Shown: positions 1 to 13,428 of the stretch, in pieces | Layout of the letters: the number at the start of each line of letters is the position of its first letter | Position numbering within the stretch: the first letter of the stretch is position 1 | Assembly: GCF_006345805.1 (NCBI RefSeq) | Contig: NC_043008.1 | Span: 40,362,001-40,426,000 of the forward strand | Direction of reading: 5' to 3' | DNA length: 64,000 nt | From: Octopus sinensis | Taxonomy: Eukaryota | Translations under genes and position numbers: made by a program | Notes under the pieces: model-generated | Databases searched by the model: none | What the model was told of the DNA's origin: nothing | The model's input: only the letters and a program-made list of their open reading frames with translations

Positions 1-714
1 TTGCTTTGAAAAACTGCATTTGGGTATGATTAGTATAATTTTGGTAGTAATGACTTTGTCCCTCTTAGTGTGAGGCATTTATGTGTAATAATGCCCTCTA
101 TACAATATAGATATAATTAATTTGTTCAAAAGAAAAAATTATTTTCGAATTCTTTTCTTTTATGAGGTTTTCACGCTAGCTGCCCGATAATTTCTTGTTA
201 AGAGTCCCTTATTAAGAGATTATCCTTAATTGTTAAACTTATTCCGAAATACTTTTCATTACCCGACATGCATTTCGTAAAAAGCCCGCCATTTACCGGA
301 TATATGATTATAAACATTCCATGTGCTTGGCCGGAGTGAGCAGTTGTCTGTTCGTCTTCGCTACGTAAGGTTGGTAGTTTATTTATGATGTGTTCAGAAT
401 CAGTTCTGCTGATGATCATAAACGTAAAGTTGAATGTGAAATCACGGTGATACAGAACTAATTCATTTTTTAAATGTCTTGCTTTGAAAAACTGCATTTG
501 GGTACGATTAGTAATAATTTTGGTAGTAATGACTTTGTCCCCTTAGTGTGAGGCATTTATGTGTAATAATGCCCTCTATACAATATAGATATAATTAATT
601 TGTTCAAAAGAAAAAATTATTTTCGAATTCTTTTCTTTTATGAGGTTTTCACGCTAGCTGCCCGATAATTTCTTGTTAAGATCCCTTATTAAGAGATTAT
701 CCTTAATTGTTAAA

Positions 715-719
<5 letters not shown>
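1..719 (+). repeat. Head-to-tail tandem repeat, ~478-bp unit (1-242 repeated at 479-719), ending in (TA)n; probable Penelope-pLTR/retrozyme-like non-autonomous element; cut by the window start
   Basis: ttgctttgaaaaactgcatttggg... at position 1 recurs at 479 and stays near identical (few 1-nt differences) until 719, where (TA)n begins; the unit contains a hammerhead fold. Confidence 0.85.
402..459 (+). ncRNA. Type I hammerhead ribozyme (predicted)
   Basis: Stem I AGTTCTG(402-408)/CAGAACT(453-459); CTGATGA 409-415; stem II CAT/ATG plus AAC/GTT; GAAA 438-441; near-palindromic stem III TCAC-G-GTGA; AUA triplet 450-452; non-canonical U.U at 10.1/11.1. Confidence 0.8.
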
Positions 720-758
<39 letters not shown>

Positions 759-989
759 TATATGTGTATGTAATATATGATGAATATATATATAAATATA
801 CATATATATGCATATATATATAAATATATATCTATGTATATATATAATGTATTTTATATCTATGTATATATATAATGTATTTTTACCTATGTAGTATACA
901 TCTATACATACGTATACACATCCAAATATATACATAAATGTGTATTAATATATATACAATTATATAATATATAAATGAGTGTGTATATG

Positions 990-1025
<36 letters not shown>

Positions 1026-1112
1026 AACACATATATATAAATATGTATGTATGCACACACACACACACACACAACACACACCCATATTATATATATATAT
1101 ATATATAATATT
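718..1112. repeat. (TA)n/(CA)n compound microsatellite
   Basis: Directly visible; source of the IYIY/CVCV pseudo-ORFs. Confidence 0.95.
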
Positions 1113-2370
1113 ATATATGCACATGCTTTTGGCATTGTTAAAACTGATTATTTCTGGCAATGCATTGGTGTGCTATGTTGCATAAAGAGGTAATATTTGT
1201 AAATCGCTTATACATAGCTTTTTTTAACATCAAAAGACTCCTACATGGAATGTTCGGCATAGTGTTAACAGTAGGTATATGCTAACAAATTCACAAAATA
1301 ATCATATGTATGTACACACACACACACACACACACACTCACACACACACTCACACCCTAAAGCGTATACCACTCACACCCTAAAGCGTATACACACTCAC
1401 ACACAAACAGAGTGTACGTGTACTAACGTACTTATAATTATATGCATGTATCGCTTTTGAAGCTCTTTGAGTTTGTACGTGTCCATGTGTTTCTATGTTA
1501 ACAATATGTATTTGAAGGATATTTTGGATACCATTTGTACATACTCAAATAAGTAGACATGTTAAGATACAAGGTCTCCGACATGCAGTTTTCAACATTG
1601 CATTAATATATATATTCAATAACAGCTTTTATAAAGAGTAAGATGACATACACTTTGGCAGAGACATACTCACTCACATATATTGAAAAATATATATTAT
1701 GATCACTAGTATGCAAATAAATCTCCCAAATGATTAGTTGTTTTGCTGAATTTCCTTTCAGGAAATGGAAGTTAATTTCATTTCTCATTTCTATCGGAGA
1801 AGCATTTGTAGATTGCTATTCTGTTTTCTTCCCCTTATCGTAAACAATTAATATTTCAAGTATTTACATAACTATCTTATATATTTAATGTTCGATTAAT
1901 ATCTCTAATATGTTTTGAATATTATACATGTCTACTATTATTACATGTGTGTATACAATCGAAAAATGGCTTTCTCCAACATGTGAAATGAACGAAACAA
2001 TTTGTACGCTCATCGAGAAAATTTGACACAACAGAGCATCACGTGTTGTTTATTTTGGAAGCTTGTTGAATGAAATATATTTAGTTGTAGATTGCATTCG
2101 ACATAGCATAAGCGTCACCTGATATCCAGCTTGTATGTTGAGCATGCAAATGCTGTGGCAGGTGATTTAAGGAGAACAAATTACTGATAAGATACTTTTG
2201 CCAAAATGTGAAAAAAAAAATGAGCAAATTTACGATTAGGAAACACATTGATTCCTCACACACGCTCAGTAATTTTATACTTATTTGTTTTAGTTTTGAA
2301 GTTGGTGAGGATTCTGACATTCTCTTCCATTCGTATTAGTAAGACGATTTTGTTCACTATGTGTTTCTTA

Positions 2371-2760
2371 TCTCTCTCTATATAAAGCTTAAGTTGTCTG
2401 TATATGGCAGGTTTGGTAGCCTTCAACTAACACTATCTCCTTCGAGACCCTGCTGCGCAAGTCGACCAAAATTGGGAGTATGATAGAAGAAAGCTTGCTC
2501 TTCCTTCCGTAAGAGACATAATTGAAATCGGACCATGTTAACACCAAAAGTTATTTACATCAAAAAGGAGCCTTTTTTCTATGAAAATCCCTATTTATTA
2601 CGATTTTTTTACTGCTGTGTCGCCATTTTGCGGTGTATTTCAATCAGAAAATGTTCACTTAAAGAGAATAACAAGCTACATAATGCAAAATTTTACTTTT
2701 CAAAAATTCTAATTCTAAAGGGTCGAAACAAACCCGAGCAGCGCCGGGCGATACAGCTAG
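2371..2760 (+). mobile_element. Non-autonomous Helitron (~390 bp)
   Basis: 5' A|TC (2370|2371), 3' CTAG|T (2757-2760|2761), subterminal GC hairpin CCCG...CGGG (2733-2748) about 10 nt before CTAG, no TSD. Confidence 0.8.
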
Positions 2761-3142
2761 TTAAGATATAAACATACATAACTTCATGACGCATCGCGTA
2801 GAATTAAACACCATGTCATAACAAATCATGACAGAAACGACATATAATTAGTTGCTTTAAGAAAAACTTAAGAAGTCTGATCAATAATTATCCGGATTGT
2901 TTGCCATATTAACGAAGTGAAAGCATGCCGAGTAAAGCTGCTTGGCATAGATCGGCCTTTATCACTGCTGTGCATGTGAACTGTGTTTGAGCATTCTGGC
3001 TCACATCCGCCGTTTATAACAGTGTTTAGAAGTAACGCGTGTGAGGTGTGATCGTTGCATAGACCATGAGAGAGAAAGGTGACATGGTGATACCTGCTCA
3101 GAAGCCGGTACAGAATTGCAGAAAGTGTAAGCAGAGGAGTTT

Positions 3143-3405
3143 ATGAGCCGCACAGAAGTGTACGATTGGTCTAGACGTTTACAAGATGGCTAAGAAATGT
3201 CGATATTGATTAACGTTCTGGGAGAATCACAACCAGTAGAAATGAGAAAAACATCGCAGATGTCTATACAGCTGCGAGTGGAAATCGTCGACTAACCACC
3301 CCTGAGTTGTAAGAGGTTGTGCAGATCAGTTGCATTTGAGATCAGTCCATTTTCCCTGACGATTTGGGTATGAGGCGGGTGTCTGCAAAGATTGTGCCAA
3401 AACTA
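3143..3405 (+). pseudogene. Mariner (Tc1/mariner) transposase N-terminal remnant
   Basis: Manual translation MSRTEVYDWSRRLQDG*/VDID*RSGRITTSRNEKNIADV...GNRRLT...DDLGMRRVSAKIVPKL matches the mariner HTH region and WVPHEL-like linker; contains stops and a frameshift. Confidence 0.8.
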
Positions 3406-4205
3406 CATTTACACACCAGAAATAGGAGCAGTGGTAGTGGTATTAATTTGGAAGCGAGTGGATTTCGTGATAAGGAAAAAATATATTAAGAAAGGTAGAA
3501 TGCAATTTAGTGGTCCCAGAAAAGAACAGTAGCAAGGAGTTGCCTTCAGACGCCTCGCAGTCTCCGTCCTGGCAGGAGCAAGATAAACAGATTTTTAACG
3601 TGGACTTTCCTGCTCTTTAGTGGAGACACTGCAACATAGCCTTGGATTGTGTATACCGTCTATAACAGAAGCGGAGCTACAAAAGCATCCCCAAACTACT
3701 CAGTCACTTCCAGCTGTCTTTCAGGTACCGAATGCATTTTTCGAATTTGACAATATGTACATGGACAAAGAACATCTGGTTATTCCGATTGTTAGATTTT
3801 ACAGTCATCTGCCGGTCGGGCATAGCTCTCTGTGAGATTATCACTCTGTTTTAGGTTAGACATTTCGTGTTCATTAAGACTGACGGCATTGTCGTGGAGA
3901 CCCTGGGTTTTGACGAAAATTAACTGTATAATTTACAAAGTTTTTTAGTGTAATAGTTCTACCGGTGAGATAACACGTTTCAGCCTATTCTGATGAGCGC
4001 AGAGCAAAGTAACACGGACATTCTTATTCATTCGATGTCTGAACATGAACGATTTGTAGAGTTATGGCGAACATCTAGTTTCGCATGACATACGGATCTA
4101 GCGATAAGTCAAATCACCGCCAATATTTTAGTATTTTTCCCAAAATTTAGTGGATTAACACTTTTCAGAATAACATCAGTTGTGATGCAGTAGCATTGCA
4201 ACTTG

Positions 4206-4208
<3 letters not shown>

Positions 4209-4287
<79 letters not shown>
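4209..4287. repeat. Pure (TA)n tract
   Basis: Directly visible. Confidence 0.95.
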
Positions 4288-4291
<4 letters not shown>

Positions 4292-5979
4292 AATTGTTAC
4301 ACACGATTATTTGAGAGGGAATTAAAACAACGTCTGTAATTTGAAATAATTATTGATAATTGATCGATCGCCCCGCATAAATATTATTGCTATAGTAATT
4401 TATTTGAAACGTGTTTCGCCGGAAAGAATTCAATCAATATAATAAGGAAAGACGAAACTATCAGCCGAGATGTTTTAACCGCATATTTTATATTCTTAGT
4501 CGTATAATACTACTTCTATGATCTCTATAAAAACATCCTAATTGAATAAGAGTCAAGACTATTGAAAAGGTTGCAAGACGCAACGAAAATTTTAGGAAAA
4601 TAAAAATAAAAATATGTGGTGATTTTATCGGTCAGAGTGTTACATTATATGGCACAAAAAGAAAATGACTCTCCCCTGACACAACAGAATAATTGAATAA
4701 ACCTATATAAAATTCCAGTTTCGAACGTTATAGAATGCAGATTTTGAAATATATTGGTATTCTGCCAAAGGAATAAAAAATTTTTTAGCTCTCCTCCATG
4801 ACATTATTTTTCACTCCTTCAGGACTGACTTTGCAATCCCACTTCAATAAGAAAAATATATTTGAGTAATTAAACCTTACAATGACAATAGAAATGGATT
4901 GAGAATTCACGATATATAAACGTCAGCATGCAGATAAATTATCTTCTTAAAATTTATCATCTTAACGCCTAAATGAGATTAAACATTTCGTGACGTATGC
5001 CATATAGTCAACTAAAGAATCATTTTGCCACAGAACAATAAGACTTCCCTTCTGAAGGAAACCTCACAATAGCATGTAACACTCAAATGAGAAACGTTAG
5101 TAATATCTCCTATATAATGCTCTCAAGTAAATCCTCAATCTTTTTCAATGAATAGAATTGATCATTTTTGGAACCATGTTTCTAAAATCCTCTAATTTAT
5201 GTATCTCTATAGAATTAAGTTATTTTTAAAATTCTCTCGAAATGGATATATATTTCACGAGGTTCTTACAGATAAAGGGGTTGACTAGACCGTCGTTGGA
5301 AATCTATATTGCAAATATCGAGTTATATTACTTAAAGTAGTAATCTGAGCGCAAAGTAAAATTACTATTCGTCACAACTAATCAGAAACGTTAGATTTTT
5401 AACCATACCTCACGCCACATCAGCTCATGCAATTTCATAAATGTATCTTCAATTCCCATTAATTTTCTAACACTTGACGTGTATTCCATAGAGTCAGGTT
5501 CTTTCGTCTGGAAACCTTAGCTTCCTTCACTAGAAATTCAATATTGCATGTATTTACGGTCGTTGAACATTACTACATTGCAACTTGCCGCCGATCAGAT
5601 TCTTTCTGTTATAGTATCAAACACATTCTAAATATTATTAGTAGGCCTTCGTTTATTTCTCATCAGTCGTTCTCAGAGTGTATATGTACTAACATGCCTG
5701 TACGTCCAGTACGTTAATCCTATATATCAACTGCAGGAATACATCGTTAAATGTTTGCATTTATCTAATTTCATTACGGAATAATGAATCTAAGTAATAA
5801 AATGTGCAGGTATGAAGTATCATTCTTCTAAATTTTGGTGGCGTATCAACTCAGCCCCGAACAAAGGGATTATCCTGTATTGTATTTCAGAGCGTGTGCG
5901 TATGTATGTATGTATGTATGTATACGTATATATATAGATATATAGATAGATATATACATACGTGCACACACAGGCACAT

Positions 5980-6019
<40 letters not shown>

Positions 6020-6022
6020 GTG

Positions 6023-6126
<104 letters not shown>

Positions 6127-6129
6127 AAA

Positions 6130-6390
6130 GGACTGGTTTAATGATAAGGGCAGTAGGCTCACAGTCGTACGGAGGTGAGTTCAATTCTCGGCGACGCGTT
6201 ATGTCTCTAAGCAAGACACTTTATTTCACGTTGTTCCAGTCCAATCAGCTAACAAAAAGGAGTAGTACGTGTATTTCAGAGGGCCAGATTTGCTACACTC
6301 TCTGTCATATCGAATCTCGCTGAGGGCATAACGACTTGCACGTTATTTTCACGAGCAGTCTGTACCGTTGATCAGATCAACTGGAACTTT
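6130..6390 (+). mobile_element. tRNA-headed SINE (degenerate)
   Basis: A-box-like TGGTTTAATGATAAGG, B-box-like GTTCAATTC, then a gcaagacacttt core motif typical of conserved-domain SINEs. Confidence 0.6.
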
Positions 6391-6644
6391 CATCGTTTTA
6401 CTGTGAGACTGCAAACTCTATTCCACACTACACCGCCAGCATTTAATGAAGAAGACTGCCCGTCGTTGACCTGGGTCACCGACCGTCCCCCTGGATGATA
6501 GATAATATGGATCATTCCATATAGTCGATCAATTTGTAAGAGTTTGCAAACGTGCGATAATCAGGTTCATTCCCGGAGCGTCATTGATATCTGAGCATCT
6601 CTCGAACCAGACTCGCATCCCTCCGATGACTGCAATGCAGTCAA

Positions 6645-6749
6645 GGCATCGTCATAGAACTGGCTGACAAAGGTGGAACTGTGGCCGTGTGGTGTTCAGA
6701 CCTCTACAAATCCGAGGTAAACAGATCACTGCAAGACACCTCATTCTAT
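6645..6749 (+). pseudogene. Penelope-like element RT N-terminal fragment
   Basis: Translates GIVIELADKGGTVAVWCSDLYKSEVNRSLQDTSFY, matching the PLE motif IxIxxADKGxxxVxW...Y...L.D..Y. Confidence 0.7.
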
Positions 6750-6950
6750 CCCCCTCTACTCTCCACACCCACGTAACTATGTCAACAAATCTTCTCGTTT
6801 CCTAATTTCTTTCTGTACAAGTGCATAGATGTACGCCAAAGGTCCTTTCTTGTTTGTTGTTAGCTCACCAGATTCACATTTGATACCTTTGTTATTTTAT
6901 TTATACATATATATATTCATATATCAATGTATATATATCTATACATACGG

Positions 6951-6994
<44 letters not shown>

Positions 6995-7028
6995 ATATAT
7001 ATATATATCTATATATATATATATACAT

Positions 7029-7070
<42 letters not shown>

Positions 7071-7429
7071 TCACACACACAAGTAACAATTGATGGCTAG
7101 GTGTTTGTTCATTACGGCCGTTTTTAAAGGTTTCTTTAATTGATAAATGGAAACATTATATCATTATAAAGAAACTATTTTATTCGGTGGAATTCATGAA
7201 CTTTAGAATCAAGAACATTTCAAATGATTTAACACGTTTTGAAATCCACGGAGCAAAATATATTCAATGAATTATCAATTAAAGTAATGATTAAAGACGG
7301 CCGAAGCGATTTCTCACCCATCTTTCTATTGTTACTAGTATACACCCTTTAGTTCCTGGCAAAACCAAGCATCAGACCATAGGACCTGGTGCTCGTCCTG
7401 CTTCTCCTCAGTTCAAATCTTTGAGCAAA

Positions 7430-7682
7430 ATCGACTCCGACGCGGAGACCAAGTTCGTGCAAGCACGAAGCTGAGCTGGCAAAACATTGCTGCCCGAAAT
7501 GGAAACCTTAAAGCCAACTGTGGTTTTGTGGCACAAAGTTAAAACCTAGCTGACCACTCCAGAAAATATATCGTAAATAATCTACAACGTCTCAAGCAAA
7601 CTCAGTCCTAAATTTGCTCCATTTACCAAAAGATATTCAAGATATCAGTAGGCCTCAAGTGACATATTCGTGTCCATAGAAC
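7430..7682 (+). pseudogene. RTE-like LINE 3' remnant with C-terminal zinc-finger relic
   Basis: RLRRGDQVRASTKLSWQNIAAR... followed by ICSIYQKIFKISVGLK*HIRVHR. Confidence 0.5.
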
Positions 7683-7929
7683 ACGATTAATGCTGTATTT
7701 CACTGAACTCTCCTCTGTCGTTCATGACAAAACAGTCCATTCTATATACATATACATACACACACACACACACGCATATACATATGCGTATGTGTGTGTA
7801 TGTATGTATGTATGTATATATATATATGTATATGTATATATATATGTATGTATTTATATATATACATGTATGTATATATATATATGTATATATATATATG
7901 TATATATATATATGTATATATATATATAT

Positions 7930-7983
<54 letters not shown>

Positions 7984-8000
7984 TATATACATATATATGA

Positions 8001-8673
8001 AGAATAGATAACACAGCAGAAAGTGATAAGTGCAGAACATGTGGCAAAAACGGTGAAACCGTATGGTATATAACCAGCCAATGTACACCACTAGCTCAGA
8101 AGAAATATAACAGACGCCACAGCACTATAACCAGGCTTGTCCATTGGACACTTTGCAACAATTATTGACTTGAGAGAGCAAAAAATTGGTACGACCACAA
8201 ACTTGAAGTCATCATCGAAAATAGAAATGCAAATATCCTATGATATTTTATGACTCAGTGCAGCCATGAGATAGAGAATAGGAAGTCAGACATAGTTTAA
8301 CTGCGAAAGAAAACAAACTATGCTGGATCATAGATATAGCATGCCCAGCTGACAACAAGGTATGAGATAAGGCAGAAATAAAATCTGGGAGATGTGACAG
8401 CTTAGCTTGAGAAGTTAAGCAGTTGTGGTCAATGAAAAATGTATCAGTAGTACCAATAACTGTCAGAGCCCTGGGAACAGTGAACAAAAATATCGAAAAG
8501 TACGTGGAACAAAGAGGGTCTACAATAAGGGTGGAGCACTTCCAGAAAATAGCACTACTTGGAACCGTTCAAATACTCCGCAAGGTGCTCGAAAAATAAG
8601 GTGTTACCTTAGTTCACTGGTAGTGAACAGCTGACACCGTAGTACATCTCCAACGTTAGAAGCTGTGCAAAGA
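8001..8673 (+). mobile_element. Dong/R4-clade LINE, 5'-truncated 3' fragment (CCHC knuckle, REL endonuclease, 3'UTR)
   Basis: [30 protein letters not shown]...RKSDIV...IIDIACPADNKV...VPITVRALG...QKIALLGTVQILRKVLEK* (stop 8597-8599); ends in (AAT)n. Confidence 0.9.
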
Positions 8674-8681
8674 AAATAATG

Positions 8682-8727
<46 letters not shown>

Positions 8728-8771
8728 CAACAATAATAATAATAATAATAATGATAATAATAATAATAATA

Positions 8772-8821
<50 letters not shown>

Positions 8822-8853
8822 TAATACTAATAATAATAATAATATAATAATAA

Positions 8854-8888
<35 letters not shown>
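8674..8888. repeat. (AAT)n array
   Basis: Directly visible. Confidence 0.95.
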
Positions 8889-8889
<1 letters not shown>

Positions 8890-9160
8890 CTACCCAATAC
8901 AATAGATCTACTTGTCAGTTGCCTTACTCAGGGACATTTTGTGCAGGATGGGCTACTCGACTTGAAGATAATTCTAAGTGGGCCCCAACTGCAAGGTCAT
9001 GTGCTGTTTATCTTGATATGAAAACACCATGTCGCGCACGTATGGTTGTGATGCATGTGCTTAGTGTACCCTTATCAGACGGGTAGTCATGATGGGTATA
9101 CTGGGCTTCGTATATTTTACCCCAGTGCCACTTTGATGGCATGCACAGCTCTCTCACACA
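8890..9160 (+). mobile_element. AAT-flanked ~515-bp non-coding element, copy 1 (5'-truncated, internally deleted)
   Basis: Homologous to 19555-20070 and to the reverse complement of 62459-62975; AAT arrays on both sides. Confidence 0.8.
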
Positions 9161-9223
9161 ATAATAATAATAATAATAATGATAATAATAATAATAATAG
9201 TAATAATAATAATAATAATAATA

Positions 9224-9263
<40 letters not shown>
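9161..9263. repeat. (AAT)n array
   Basis: Directly visible. Confidence 0.95.
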
Positions 9264-9264
<1 letters not shown>

Positions 9265-12200
9265 GGAGAACACCGGGGACGTTTAAGATGTAAGAAGGAA
9301 AATACAGAGCTCCGAAATCTATCCACAAACATCGAAAACAAGGACACCCTATGGAGCCAAAGATTTACTAACAAAGAATTGGACTATATCCGAGTAAGTA
9401 ATACTAATTGAAATTTGTTACTATTTTCGAAACGAAATGATGTATTTTGACACGATATTATCTCCACCTCTAACACAACACATGTAAACATGCGTGGAAC
9501 AACACGATCATCCACGACCTCAAACACCATGTACAAAGGAACTACGAAGAAATTAAATGCCACCGATACTATTCAACCCAAGAATAACAATCGAGCGGTA
9601 CGTACATTAAACCTACAACAAAAAATGTACGAAAAACTACACGTGCGAAATAATGTGACAACAGAAATAAACGGACCGGTACCCTACGAAAATGACGACC
9701 GTCAAAATAATGGGCCGGACGTTGTACCTCATGTCCCGCAAATAAAACCCAAAAGACGTAAATGGACACGTGAGGAATACATTTCTATCTTACACGCATA
9801 ATTCACAGCAATGCTCTACCCAAAAAATGAAAATACAACAACACATACATATAAAATATGGAAGGAAAATAATAGAGATATAGACTTGGATACAGCAATG
9901 AACCCTAATAAATTAGCTAACGTACGAAGATACATTCTCAACACAAAAAAATATCAGAAATAGAAATAGAACATTTAAAAGAAAAAAATACACCAGGAAA
10001 ATGTAGATAGAAGCCACACAACAATGCTCAATAATATAAACACTGAAACTGTAAAACACGAAGACAAACGCAACATTCCAAACAAACACGATGTAAACAA
10101 CGAAGGGGAGCCTAATGATTATGATAATATAAGAAATAAAATAACCAAAGAACTGAAAACCACAGAGCCCAAAATGGACCACCGACCATACCTCCCAAGA
10201 ATAAAAATAAACGCAATAACAACACCAATTATAAACAACATAAACCTAGCCGCCACTGAACTAGCCACTGAAACAAAAAAAAAGTGATATCACTGAACTA
10301 AATGACTTGATATACGCAGCAGCCACTGCAGCCACAAAAGAAGCTGGATACTCACCCAAACCCGCCCAACAGGAGTACCACCACCCCAACAAACCCTATG
10401 GATAAATAACATCCAAACAAAATTTAAAAAATTAGAAAAGACCTGTCGATTCTTAATGAAATCAGCAAACAATCAACGCTACTGAGCAACAAAAAGAGAA
10501 CAAAAATGCTCCGCAAATATAACATCACAGAAAAAAATTTGCCGGAGATAAAAGAAAAGCTGAAGCAAGATATCCTTGCCAAAGCTCAAAGGATCCGCCG
10601 GTACGAGAAACGCCAACGCTTCTTTGAACAGAACAAAAAGTTCAACTCCAACCCCAAAAAGTTCCACCAAGAACTGGGCAAAAATAAAATAGAAGTCACT
10701 GCAGCACCAACGGCAGAAGAATTGGAAGAACTCTGGAGAAAAATATGGTCGGCGAACGAACAGCCAACAAAAAGGAGTATCAAAATAACAAACTCGGCAT
10801 CTGAACAACTTTGGACCCCCATGACAACTGAAGAGGTCACCCGGGCACTGCAAAAACTAAGTAACTGGAAGGCACCTGGGCATGACAAGATCCCCAACTT
10901 CTGGTTGAAGTATCTAACAGGAATGCACAAAAAGCTGGCTGAAAACTTTAACAGCATACTAGCAGAGCCAGAGACAATGCCTGAATGGCTCACGAAGGGG
11001 AAAACCATCTTAATTCCCAAATCAAATGAAACAACAAAACCAGAAAACTACAGACCAATAACCTGCCTCCCTACTATGTTCAAGGCATTTACTGCAGTGA
11101 TATCGCAAAGGCTGAACAAGCACCTGGACGAAAACAAACTGTTCCCAGAAGAGCAGAAAGGATGCCGCAAAGGCTCATGTGGCTGTAAAATCAACTAATG
11201 ATTAATAAAGCCGTAACTGAAGACAGCCACAGAAAGAAGAAAGGCCTCAGTATGGCCTGGATTGACTACAAAGAGGCGTTTGATAGCATCCCCCACACAT
11301 GGATCCTCGAAACACTAGCCATTAACAAAGTAGCACCAACAATCATAAAATTCATAGAGCACTCTATGAATAAATGGCAAACAGTCCTACACCTCCAAAC
11401 AAAAGAGGGACTCATGAAAACCAAAGACATCCCCATTAGAAGAGGAATATTCCAGGGAGACACGCTCTCTCCACTCCTTTTCTGCTTGGCACTGTCACCT
11501 CTATCTGATATGCTAAATAGAACTGGATGCGGATATAAATGTTACGGCAAAGCGATCAGCCACCTTTTATATATGGATGACCTAAAACTATACGCTGCAA
11601 ATGACAAACAGCTGGAAACACTATTAAAGACAGTTCATGGATTTACCAAAGAAATAGATATGAATTTGGATTAGAAAAATGCGCCAAAGTAACCATGAAA
11701 AGAGGAAAACTAGTTAAGAGTATCAACATCACACTAGATAAATCCAATGAAATAAAAGAATTAGACCAAAGCCAAACTTACAAATACTTAGGAATCCATG
11801 AACTAGATAAGACACAACACACACAAATGAAAGAGAAAATAAAAAAAGAATATTATAGACGAGTTAGATCAATACTAAAAACAGAGCTCAATGCTAAAAA
11901 CAAGATAATAGGTATCAACACTTTAGCTGTCCCAGTTATAATTTACAGCTACAATATCCTTAACTGGACACGAAATGAACTGTCCAAAATAGATAGGAAA
12001 ACAAGAAAAATACTGACAGTATCTAGGATGCATCACCCAAAATCTGACATAGAAAGACTATATATACAACGTATAGAAGGTGGTAGAGGCCTTATACAGC
12101 TGGAAATCTACTATAAAATAACCACCATAGGACTGCAAAAATACATACTTCAGAAGGAAGGAAAACTGATCCAGATAGCAGCAAAACTCGAGCAAAACAA

Positions 12201-13216
12201 AAAACTGTTCTCAGTATTTAAGGAAGCTGACAAATACAAACAAGAAATCATACCACCTAATAAACACAAAGAAGAAGAAGATGATGAAGAAACAACAAAA
12301 GCTATAAAACAAATGAAATCCCAACTAAAAATAGAACAGCAACGAGCCATGATAAAACGATGGCAAGAAAAACCCCTTCATGGTAAATACTGCACTAAAC
12401 TAAACGCAAAAGAAATAGAGAAAGAAAATTCCCAGCAATGGTTGAGAAGCTCAGGATTCAAAGCAGAAACAGAGGGATTTTTAATTGCAGCACAAGACCA
12501 AAGCCTCCCCACCAGAAATTACCAAAAACATGTAATGAAAAGAAATATTACAAGTAACTGCAGAATATGTGGAGATGGACAAGAAACAATAAATCATATT
12601 ATCTCTAGCTGCCCAGTCCTGGCTAAGAAGGAATATATTCACAGACATGACAGAGTTGGAACCTACATACATTGGAAGCTATGCCAACATTATGGAATAA
12701 CAACAGAAAAGGTATAGGCACACACCAGAACAGGTCACAGAAAACGAGAAAGCAACCATACTCTGGGATATGCCGATACACACAGATAGAGAAATTAAGG
12801 CCAACAGACCAGATATAGTTGTCAGAGATCATGAAGAAAAATATGCTTTCTAATTGATGTATCAATACCGGCAGATGACAACGTGTCTCTAAAAGAAATG
12901 GAGAAACTCTCAAAATACAAAGAACTGGAAATAGAGGTAACTAGAATGTGGAACCTGAAAACAGAAACAATTCCTATCATAGTAGGTGCATTAGCCATGA
13001 TAAAAAAATACTCAGACAAATACATAACAAAAACACCAGGACTTACAAACACATATAACATACATAAAATTGCACTACTAGGCACTGGACACATCCTACG
13101 CAGAACACTTTCCATACAATAACCATCAGAGCATCACAACAAATCACAGCACATACCCAAGGCACACAGAGCTGCGCTCGGTAGTGAAGTGAAAGCACGC
13201 TATAAAAATAAAACTA

Positions 13217-13220
<4 letters not shown>
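9264..13220 (+). mobile_element. Near full-length Dong/R4-clade non-LTR retrotransposon inserted in (AAT)n
   Basis: Single disrupted ORF; (AAT)n on both sides; 3'UTR 13123-13220. Confidence 0.93.
9490..13122 (+). pseudogene. Dong/R4 ORF: Myb-like N-terminus, RT, CCHC knuckle, restriction-like endonuclease; several stops and frameshifts
   Basis: RRKWTREEY; KAPGHDKIPNFWLK; NYRPITCL; AWIDYKEAFDS; GIFQGDTLSPLLF; HLLYMDDLKL; CRICGDGQETINHIISSC; RPDIVV...KYKELEIE...IVGAL (ORFs 9490-9801, 10024-10287, 10506-11198, 11198-11674, 11695-12717, 12883-13122). Confidence 0.92.
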
Positions 13221-13275
<55 letters not shown>

Positions 13276-13381
13276 CAACAGCAGCAACAGCAACAACAAC
13301 ATCAATAATAATAATAATAATGATAATAATGAGGATAATAATAATAATAATAATGATACAATAATAATAAAGATAATTATG

Positions 13382-13428
<47 letters not shown>
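13221..13428. repeat. Compound (AAT)n/(AAC)/(AGC) array lying between the Dong 3' end and the Tx1 3' end
   Basis: Directly visible. Confidence 0.95.

Noticed and set aside
300-400. Minus-strand peptide YVAKTNRQLLTPAKH resembling a GIY-YIG motif
   Set aside because: Short, bounded by stops, antisense to the hammerhead, and lacks the rest of the domain
3540-4200. Possible minus-strand mariner or PLE remnant; CTGATGA near 3990
   Set aside because: Only scattered weak motifs; no GAAA core or stem I pairing on the same strand
5635-5675. Minus-strand CTGATGAG…CGAAGGCCTA hammerhead-like string
   Set aside because: GAAA is incomplete and stem I does not pair
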